Origin: a virus
Length of the DNA stretch: 64,000 nt
IMG/VR virus record: IMGVR_UViG_3300029393_000004
Strand: one strand, 5' to 3'
Shown here one piece after another: positions 57,345-64,000 of the stretch. The position numbers and the translations under genes are program-made. Every line of letters begins with the position of its first letter. Positions within the stretch are counted from its first letter, which is position 1. The notes beneath the pieces were generated by a model. The model saw only the letters and a program-made list of their open reading frames with translations. It was not told the origin of the DNA and did no database searches.

Positions 57345-57956
57345 TTAGCCATTCTTAAGAGCTGAAATTTCTTTTAAAATCTCACACTTACGGATTTTGA
57401 GGTCAATCAGCTCAAGTTCTTGTTCCAAGTTTTTGAGCTTAACTTCCTTAATCGGGTCAATGGGAGTGACCAACTTTGTCGTATCGTTAGACGCCCCCGC
57501 TACAACCTTTTTAATTGTCGAATGCTTTGAAGGTTTTGTAGCTGAAGAAAGAATTGTTGTAGATTCTCTGAAGTCCAACATCTCTTTTAACGTCTTCTGA
57601 GGAAGAGCTACTTTTAATGCTGACAATATCGAATGTTTATCTTTTCCGAGCAGATTAACCCTTCTTAAGTTTTCTACAATTTCGTTGACGGACACGGGGT
57701 GATTAAATTTGAACTTTACGGGGTTACTTTCGGTCTTTTGTTCAACTACTTCGCTGTAGAAATCTCCAATGCGAATAGCGTTGCCCCTGCCTTTATGGTT
57801 GAAAATATAGTAGGCATTGCATCTGGCAACGTTTTTGTTTTTAGTGCAAATAAAACTCACGTTTTTTAATTCAGTCATTCTGAACGTTTTTGTTCTATTC
57901 CCTCTCAAAGCCCAATTGACCAAAGCCTGTTCAAAATACGGTTTATCTATTCTCAC
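57345..57956 (-). CDS. hypothetical protein
   Basis: 203-aa ORF. Confidence 0.4.
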   Translation of the reverse strand: MRIDKPYFEQALVNWALRGNRTKTFRMTELKNVSFICTKNKNVARCNAYYIFNHKGRGNAIRIGDFYSEVVEQKTESNPVKFKFNHPVSVNEIVENLRRVNLLGKDKHSILSALKVALPQKTLKEMLDFRESTTILSSATKPSKHSTIKKVVAGASNDTTKLVTPIDPIKEVKLKNLEQELELIDLKIRKCEILKEISALKNG

Positions 57957-58039
57957 TCTAAACTCCTTGTTTGCTGTTGAAAACCGCTTTCATGCGATTC
58001 ACCCTTGCAGTTTACAGGGGTGAATAATGGAATGTTCTT

Positions 58040-58639
58040 TTAAATCAAAGACATTCCATCAGCTTTCAAGTACAGCTCTTCGCTTATTTGGTTGAATGGA
58101 AAGATGTAGTTTTTGTCGATATTTCCACTTCTTAGCATTTTGCAGAAACACGCCAACATTACTTCAACGTCATACCGAGCCGAGTGAGCTTCTGTTTCGC
58201 TGTATATGACATCAAGCGCAAAGCACAATTCCTTTAATCTCGGTACTTTTCCATCAAATGTCGCCCAGCGGGTTGACCTCATAGTGCAAAGGGTCGGAGT
58301 TGTAATTTCACTCATACCGAGACGCTTAAATTCTCGGTTCAGAAAAGAAGTATCAAAGGCGGCGTTATGAATCACGATAAGTGTGGCGTTTTTCAATTGC
58401 TCGTGAATCGCTTCTGCTTTCGTTTCAAAAATTGGCTCGCTCATTAAGTCGGCCAACGAAATGTGATGGACGGCTTGTGCTTTCGGGTCTATGGCTCTCT
58501 GTGGATTAAATCGCTGTAGGATACTTTTTGACTCGTCTTCCAACAATTTATCGTTTAATACCAATCCACAATACTCGATGATCTTGTGGTCTTCGCCAAT
58601 ACCTGTTGTTTCAAGGTCTAATCCAACAATATTTTTCAT
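58040..58639 (-). CDS. DnaQ-like 3'-5' exonuclease (DEDD)
   Basis: Exo I GLDLETTG, Exo II HNAAFD, Exo III HSARYD. Confidence 0.8.
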   Translation of the reverse strand: MKNIVGLDLETTGIGEDHKIIEYCGLVLNDKLLEDESKSILQRFNPQRAIDPKAQAVHHISLADLMSEPIFETKAEAIHEQLKNATLIVIHNAAFDTSFLNREFKRLGMSEITTPTLCTMRSTRWATFDGKVPRLKELCFALDVIYSETEAHSARYDVEVMLACFCKMLRSGNIDKNYIFPFNQISEELYLKADGMSLI

Positions 58640-58705
58640 ATGTGCGCTCTAAGGATAAATCTCGTCACACCTATTGCGGTTGGCAAAGACCGTAACGAGA
58701 TCGTG

Positions 58706-59374
58706 TTAATTGATAAAAGTTATCTTCTCATTGCGAAGTCTGGATAGTTCGCTTTCTGCTTGTTTGAGTTCAAGACTTTCCATCTCTTCAATCACAGGGT
58801 CGATGCAAGGTATCGGGTCTGGCGTTCTGTCTCTTGAGACTGCTAACGCTTTCAAACCTGTTTTTGCAATATAGCCGTTGGTCATCAATGCGCATTGTTC
58901 TAAAGTGCCGTCAAACGCTTCAAAACTCTTTCTAGCGGGCAAATGAATCAACCAAGTGAAACTCCGCGACAACTCAGCAACATTCCCATCAAAAACGAAT
59001 AAACGCTTGTTCAGGGCTTCTAATTGCTCGTCTGTCAGCCCGTCGGGGCGAACGATGAATGAGCAATTTGCTAAAACAGTGACGTATATATCAATCGGGG
59101 AAAAGTCGATCACGACGTTATCGGGAAGATTTCCGATCATTTTCTTCAGTCGCTTAAACATCAGCTCGTGAAAGTTCAGAAAAGCCTCTCCGTTATCTGT
59201 CATCTTGGAAAACTTCTTCTTGTCGATCAACTTATCAACCTCGATGTGTACGTACTTGCAGTTGAGTTTTTTAGCTAATTCTTCTGCGAATGCTTCTTTT
59301 TCAGAACAAATTTGCGGGCCAACAATCTGCACTCTCATTACAATTCCTCTTGGTCTGATTGATTTCCAAGACAT
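58706..59374 (-). CDS. hypothetical protein (degenerate P-loop-like N-terminus)
   Basis: 222 aa. IVGPQICSEKEAF resembles a Walker A motif but is not canonical. The true start is possibly the internal MRVQ. Confidence 0.35.
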   Translation of the reverse strand: MSWKSIRPRGIVMRVQIVGPQICSEKEAFAEELAKKLNCKYVHIEVDKLIDKKKFSKMTDNGEAFLNFHELMFKRLKKMIGNLPDNVVIDFSPIDIYVTVLANCSFIVRPDGLTDEQLEALNKRLFVFDGNVAELSRSFTWLIHLPARKSFEAFDGTLEQCALMTNGYIAKTGLKALAVSRDRTPDPIPCIDPVIEEMESLELKQAESELSRLRNEKITFIN

Positions 59375-59445
59375 TGTAATGGACTCATTTTTGGCGAAAT
59401 TTCTTTAAATGAGTCCAGCAGAATTAAACCCAGCGAACCGACTTC

Positions 59446-59796
59446 CTATTGTTCTTCATAAAACTCCGAAGCCCAATCTTCTGTATTGCCAAAACCGCAA
59501 AGACTTGCTCTTCGCCTACGGGTCAAAGACCTCTTACCTCTGTCTTTCCATTCTTTGCGTTTTTTCAGAATGATTAACTTAGCTTTCTGAAGCTCTGCTA
59601 AAGACAAGGTGGAGAAATGACAATCTTCAAACTCAATGCCGAGTTCTCTTGCGAGCCAAGCGTAAGCCTGTTTTCTTGTCATTCCCCCGTACTTCCAAAG
59701 TTTGTCAAACTCCTTATGACAATCTTGTCTAATCTTCTTTTTGATTGGGATTTTCAGAGCCTTACGAATCTCATTCAGCTTCGATGACATTTTCAC
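59446..59796 (-). CDS. hypothetical basic protein
   Basis: 116-aa ORF. Confidence 0.35.
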   Translation of the reverse strand: MKMSSKLNEIRKALKIPIKKKIRQDCHKEFDKLWKYGGMTRKQAYAWLARELGIEFEDCHFSTLSLAELQKAKLIILKKRKEWKDRGKRSLTRRRRASLCGFGNTEDWASEFYEEQ

Positions 59797-59986
59797 GAAT
59801 GAACGGTTTCATTGCCATCAACTGAGCGATAAAGTCTTTAAAATCTCTGACCGTCAATTCGAGTTCGATTTCACTTTCGTCCCGCTTATCAATCGCTTTG
59901 AACTTCACGGTCGAACTGCCAATTTGTGCTTTTGCAATCAACCTTGCGTTTGTTGATGTCGCTTCTGCAATTTTACTCACTGCCAT
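59771..59986 (-). CDS. hypothetical protein
   Basis: 71-aa ORF. Confidence 0.3.
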   Translation of the reverse strand: MAVSKIAEATSTNARLIAKAQIGSSTVKFKAIDKRDESEIELELTVRDFKDFIAQLMAMKPFIRENVIEAE

Positions 59987-59988
59987 AA

Positions 59989-60318
59989 TTAAGCCTCTTT
60001 ATCGGTAAAAGTTTTCGGATATTGATGTCCAGGAAAGTAGAGAATCTTGTCTAAGCCCATTGAGTCAGTGCGGGCACACTCTTTGAGTTCTCTGAGTTCT
60101 CTTTTTACTGTTTCAAACAGGTAAGGATTAACGTTCTCGAACATATCGAAGATGTCGAGCCAGTCGGCGTTTCGCTCAAGACAAAAGCCCAAGCACGTTT
60201 CGCCATACATGAATCGTCCGCTGTAGCTTTTATCTATTCTGAACGAGATGTTTTCGGCTTCGTGAGACCAATAAGCCTCTTCTAAAAGCGCGACTAAAAA
60301 TTGACTAATCATTGCCAT
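59989..60318 (-). CDS. hypothetical protein
   Basis: 109-aa ORF. Confidence 0.35.
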   Translation of the reverse strand: MAMISQFLVALLEEAYWSHEAENISFRIDKSYSGRFMYGETCLGFCLERNADWLDIFDMFENVNPYLFETVKRELRELKECARTDSMGLDKILYFPGHQYPKTFTDKEA

Positions 60319-60390
60319 AAATTTTCTCTTCTTTAATGAGTTTGTCTGCCTAGTTATTTCTTTGGTAATAAAGCACCGCTTACCTATTGC

Positions 60391-60645
60391 TTACCATCGC
60401 ATTTTGGAACCATTCTCTTTCACTCTTGCTCTTTCCTTCTCTGAACACATGAGCGCCTCTACAACCCTGGCGGCTCTATCGAGATATACTGCGTCTGCGG
60501 CAAGAAAAGAGACTTCAAACCCTTCGCCTTCAATGCTCACTTTTATTTCGGAACCATAGAGCCCTTTGCCGCCAATAGTGTCATCAGGGTGACCGAGCTT
60601 TTGACCCTCGACCACTTCGGCCTCTTTAAGTTTGTCGAGATTCAT
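60391..60645 (-). CDS. hypothetical protein
   Basis: 84-aa ORF. Confidence 0.35.
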   Translation of the reverse strand: MNLDKLKEAEVVEGQKLGHPDDTIGGKGLYGSEIKVSIEGEGFEVSFLAADAVYLDRAARVVEALMCSEKERARVKENGSKMRW

Positions 60646-60669
60646 TCGCTTTCTCCTTTTTCACAATCT

Positions 60670-61581
60670 CTAAACTGCAATCGGTGCTTTAATCGCGGGA
60701 TATGATTCATAACTCGTGATCTCAAAATCATCGAACTTGTATTCCCAAGGGAATTCGTGATGATTTCTTATATGTAATTGTGCGCTCGGGGGTAATGGCG
60801 TGCGTGAAAGCTGAAGTTTTACCTGTTCAATGTGATTGTCATAGAGATGAACATCTCCGCCCGTCCAAACGAATTCATCAGGGACATAACCCAAACAATC
60901 AGCAAAAATGTGTGTTAGCAAGGAATAACTTGCGATGTTGAACGGCACACCTAAGAAGAAGTCACAACTTCTCTGATAAAGCTGACAAGACAGATACCTC
61001 TTGCCGTTTTCTTCTCTTACGAAGAACTGAAAGAGACAGTGACAAGGCGGTAAAGCCATTTGGTCGATTACTAATGGGTTCCATGCGCAAACAATATGTC
61101 TTCTTGAGAATGGAAAATCCTTGAGAGACCAAAGAACATTTTCAATTTGATCTACGCTATCTGTTTCTTCCTCGTCCTCGATTGTTCCATCGGCCACAAA
61201 ATAGTGGTCTTCTTCGTCATCACAGTCTTCAGCATCACAAAACACTTCAACTCTTGCGAATGTTCCGACAGCAGAAAATGCTCTCCATTGTTTACCGTAG
61301 ATCGGGCCAAGATTTCCGTTTTGATTTGCCCATTCGTCCCAAATCGTCACGCCGTTTTCTTGCAGGTACTTGATGTTTGTATCCCCGCTCAAGAACCAAA
61401 TCAGCTCGTGAATGATGGACTTCAAATGAAGTTTCTTTGTTGTCAGAAGCGGGAAGGATTCTTTGAGATCAAATCTCATTTGGGCACCGAAAATTGCTCG
61501 TGTGCCAACGCCCGTTCTGTCTTCTCGATGATTTCCTTTATCGAGAATTTGTTGCATTAAATCAAGATATTGTTTCATGGT
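60670..61581 (-). CDS. thyA: thymidylate synthase ThyA, with a ~35-aa acidic insertion
   Basis: Start at [26 protein letters not shown] (canonical ThyA N-terminus). The catalytic region [11 protein letters not shown] is present. An inserted block [34 protein letters not shown] sits before the conserved [11 protein letters not shown]. Confidence 0.85.
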   Translation of the reverse strand, partial: TMKQYLDLMQQILDKGNHREDRTGVGTRAIFGAQMRFDLKESFPLLTTKKLHLKSIIHELIWFLSGDTNIKYLQENGVTIWDEWANQNGNLGPIYGKQWRAFSAVGTFARVEVFCDAEDCDDEEDHYFVADGTIEDEEETDSVDQIENVLWSLKDFPFSRRHIVCAWNPLVIDQMALPPCHCLFQFFVREENGKRYLSCQLYQRSCDFFLGVPFNIASYSLLTHIFADCLGYVPDEFVWTGGDVHLYDNHIEQVKLQLSRTPLPPSAQLHIRNHHEFPWEYKFDDFEITSYESYPAIKAPIAV

Positions 61582-61757
61582 TTTTGAAAATAAATAGTGA
61601 CAACCAATGCCGAGATGACGGCTACTAAGAAAATGGAAAGAGCTAAGTAATGGTTTTTGTCCCAAGCGACAATTAACCCGACGACAAAAGCCATGAGACC
61701 ACCAGCGCCCGCCATTAGTCCGACAAGGTGATAGAGAAAGTCAAAGAAGGTTTTCAT
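61575..61757 (-). CDS. small membrane protein
   Basis: Hydrophobic ~60 aa, starting at the internal [11 protein letters not shown]. Confidence 0.35.
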   Translation of the reverse strand: MKTFFDFLYHLVGLMAGAGGLMAFVVGLIVAWDKNHYLALSIFLVAVISALVVTIYFQKP

Positions 61758-62362
61758 TTCTTCTCCTTCTTTATTTCCGCCACAACGTTTATTGGTTCCC
61801 ACGCATACCATTCAACGTTGTTGACTAAATCCCGAGAAAGAGAGTCATAAAGCCCCTCTTCAATGACTAGAAGATGACGGTGACCTTCGTTTTTGTTTTT
61901 GATTGCTAAAAACTCCTGTCCTAACTTAAATTGATCAAAGGGAATTTTTCCTTGATGTGTTAGCTTGAAATTTGGCTGAACTTCTGCTTTTTCATATTTT
62001 TGAAATTGCTTAATTACGTTCAGACATTCATCGACAATTTTTTGCGTTGTCCAGAGTTTGTCTCCCGTCATGACAAAGGGGAAAGTGAAGTCTCCAGCGT
62101 GTGCGTAATCCCAGCCAAACCAACGACCTTCAATGTTTCTCAACTTCCCGCTGAAAGTCAGCCCGCCATGCGCTTCAATACGATTATCGATTTCAAAATA
62201 ATCTTTGCCGTAGAACGGGTGATTTTGAGGGACAGAAACATAACCGCATGGGTGAGAACCGAGAGACAGCACCATCCATTTGTATTCGCCCACCTCCCCT
62301 TCTGCTAACTTCTCGGCTTCATAAAGACGAGATTGATATTCCATTTCTTTATAGATCGTCAT
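61754..62362 (-). CDS. hypothetical protein
   Basis: 202-aa ORF. Confidence 0.4.
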   Translation of the reverse strand: MTIYKEMEYQSRLYEAEKLAEGEVGEYKWMVLSLGSHPCGYVSVPQNHPFYGKDYFEIDNRIEAHGGLTFSGKLRNIEGRWFGWDYAHAGDFTFPFVMTGDKLWTTQKIVDECLNVIKQFQKYEKAEVQPNFKLTHQGKIPFDQFKLGQEFLAIKNKNEGHRHLLVIEEGLYDSLSRDLVNNVEWYAWEPINVVAEIKKEKK

Positions 62363-62916
62363 TTCAACTCCGTTTTCTCGTTGTCGAGGTAGTGATAAAT
62401 CTTGCCGTCTTCGGCTTCTAGTTTTGCCATGCAGTAAGAAAGATTGAAAATTACAGAGGTCGGAGCAGTGCTTTTATTCACGCCGTCTTCGTAAAATTCT
62501 TCGTCTTTGCAAACTGAACGAAAACCACAGCAACGCAAAACTTTTTGAGCTGGCTCATAGATTTTCTTCATGAACTTCAGCATCGTGAGACGGCTCGGAC
62601 GTAAGTCTCTATACAGTTGATTGCGTGCTTGTTTCTGTAGTTTTATATTCAGAAAGTTTCCGAAGTAACATGTGGTGGATTCTGGAAGTTTTGCACTGCC
62701 GACATCGCAGTCGGTAACCCAGTAAAAACCTCGGAACCAATAGACTTTGTGGTTATAGATAAGCCAGATACCGTACTTAGAGCAATCAAGAAGTAAAATC
62801 TTGTCTCGGTTCCGAATCATGTCTTTTACAAGATCATCAACTTTCTTGTTGTATTTTCCGTCAGGGAACCACAAAGAAGGTCGCTTGATGATCTTCTTAA
62901 TGTTTTTAAATTTCAT
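62359..62916 (-). CDS. hypothetical protein
   Basis: 185 aa. A 30-bp palindromic operator lies upstream. Confidence 0.4.
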   Translation of the reverse strand: MKFKNIKKIIKRPSLWFPDGKYNKKVDDLVKDMIRNRDKILLLDCSKYGIWLIYNHKVYWFRGFYWVTDCDVGSAKLPESTTCYFGNFLNIKLQKQARNQLYRDLRPSRLTMLKFMKKIYEPAQKVLRCCGFRSVCKDEEFYEDGVNKSTAPTSVIFNLSYCMAKLEAEDGKIYHYLDNEKTELK

Positions 62917-62947
62917 TTATGAATCTCCGAATTCACTAAAAGAATTA

Positions 62948-62977
62948 TATCGTAAGTAGTTAACTACTTACGATATG
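62948..62977. promoter_or_regulatory. 30-bp perfect palindrome ATATCGTAAGTAGTTAACTACTTACGATAT (operator candidate) overlapping a TATAAT box
   Basis: Core AAGTAGTTAACTACTT recurs at about 34509-34524 (divergent ParB/helicase promoters), 18583-18600, 57275-57295, 39727-39742, 49089-49105 and 42855-42880. Confidence 0.5.
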
Positions 62978-62992
62978 TATAAATGAAATTCC

Positions 62993-63559
62993 TTAGATAG
63001 TCTTTAACAAACTCACTATATTGTGCCATTCATCGGTCTGAAGCCCAGCATTTATGGCTCCGATAGCGTCCGCTAAGTGTTCGTTTTTCTCGACCATGAC
63101 ACTTTCTCCCTTAAGTTTTCGCTTAATCCAAGGTGCATTCGGAAACTTTCCAGAAGCCCAAAGAATCATCTCTTCTTTACTTGCGGTTTTGTGATTGACC
63201 GCTTTGACTTTATTTTCTTGGGCAGTCACTTGAATAATTGGTATCGGCAGACTTGCGAGAAGCCCAATGCAGATACCATAACTAGCCATTGACCGAGCAC
63301 TCTGAGACCCGTGCGGTACTTCAACGAATGCGTAAGTCGGAGACTCTTTCTTAATCACCTCACAAACGCCCTTAAATAGCGCTCTAGCGCGTTCTAAATC
63401 TTGACTGTTCTTACGTACTCTCTTCTCATTAGAACTCTCTGTAGAGACCAATTTGAGGTCGTGTACGTCAAAATCGTTGCTGTCGGTGTCAATGGTTCCG
63501 ATAGCAATACCAAAGTTTCTCAGGGAGGGGTCGATACCTATAATTTTTATCTTTTTCAT
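62993..63559 (-). CDS. RuvC-like Holliday junction resolvase
   Basis: N-terminal IIGIDPSLRNFGIAI (catalytic Asp motif) and C-terminal EHLADAIGAI. Confidence 0.65.
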   Translation of the reverse strand: MKKIKIIGIDPSLRNFGIAIGTIDTDSNDFDVHDLKLVSTESSNEKRVRKNSQDLERARALFKGVCEVIKKESPTYAFVEVPHGSQSARSMASYGICIGLLASLPIPIIQVTAQENKVKAVNHKTASKEEMILWASGKFPNAPWIKRKLKGESVMVEKNEHLADAIGAINAGLQTDEWHNIVSLLKTI

Positions 63560-63865
63560 TTACCAAGTTCCATAATTTACGTGATAGGAAAGTTCGTTCT
63601 CTTTCTGCACTTCTTCTTTTTGCGGTCTAAAGACTTCCAGCAGAGCGTTTCTAATAATGGGAAGAATGAAGCACGTTGTGAAGTTGTCTATCAATTCTCT
63701 TTCGGAAATCTTTGGCCCTTTGTATTTCAGTGATCGCAATACAGCTTGAATCAACTTTGTATTAGCTTTTAGAAAAGAGCTGTCTTTACACTCAAAGAGG
63801 ATTTCGTTGTTTTTGTCGTAATAAACGTCCGCTCGTTTAATTGCCTTAAAGTTTTTCAAGTCCAC
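63560..63865 (-). CDS. hypothetical protein
   Basis: 101-aa ORF. Confidence 0.35.
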   Translation of the reverse strand: MDLKNFKAIKRADVYYDKNNEILFECKDSSFLKANTKLIQAVLRSLKYKGPKISERELIDNFTTCFILPIIRNALLEVFRPQKEEVQKENELSYHVNYGTW

Positions 63866-64000
63866 AACAAGATCGTAAGTAAACTGCCATAACTCAAGTT
63901 GGTCGATAACATCGGTTGTAATGCCCGTGATAGAACCGAAAACCTGAATTCTAAAAACAAGTTTCTCGCTTGCTGGTGTGTTTCTTAAAACTCCGCAATT

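Noticed and set aside
1-64000. CRISPR arrays, integrase/attachment sites, toxin-antitoxin pairs
   Set aside because: No spacer-repeat periodicity anywhere. No tyrosine or serine recombinase motifs, no tRNA-adjacent att-like duplication. The window looks like a contiguous lytic-type phage segment rather than a prophage boundary.

Overview
This window reads as one contiguous stretch of a tailed dsDNA phage genome with a lambda-like siphovirus tail. GC content is roughly 43%. RBSs of the GGGAG/GGAG type suggest a proteobacterial host. No integrase, repressor or CRISPR array is visible.

Layout:
- 1-28.2 kb (minus strand): the late module. Tail fibers and tail-collar-domain proteins; a PAPS-reductase-like gene; an H-type-lectin receptor-binding protein; lambda gpJ/I/K/L/M homologues; a 2016-aa tape measure protein; G/GT chaperones with a GGGAAAG -1 slippery site; two tail-tube paralogs; head-tail connector genes; major capsid protein; scaffold; portal; TerL; TerS.
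- 29.1-34.5 kb (minus strand): an operon containing a winged-helix protein, a GNAT-like protein, thioredoxin, an ABC ATPase, an SPFH lipoprotein, an NfeD-like protein, an HExxH peptidase and two ParB-like nucleases.
- 34.5-37.1 kb (plus strand): an SF2 helicase island.
- 37.4-49 kb: many small genes, mostly minus strand. Each is an independent promoter-gene-terminator cassette, and the cassettes share a conserved ~65-bp promoter/leader element. Long repeat-rich noncoding regions are interspersed.
- 49.6-50.4 kb: a tRNA cluster (Asn, Tyr-like, Gly and one aberrant tRNA-like gene).
- 50.4-54.9 kb (plus strand): GNAT, DUF551-like paralogs flanking DHFR, a DUF1599-like gene and a metallophosphoesterase.
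- 54.9-64 kb (minus strand): MazG-like, HAD phosphatase, DnaQ-like exonuclease, ThyA with an acidic insertion, and a RuvC-like resolvase.

The most unusual items are: two tail-collar fiber genes each split by a 9-nt homopolymer (phase variation or a read error); an enzyme embedded in the fiber operon; an SPFH/NfeD/ABC/thioredoxin module; a repeated promoter/leader element; a palindromic operator motif; and several candidate origin regions.
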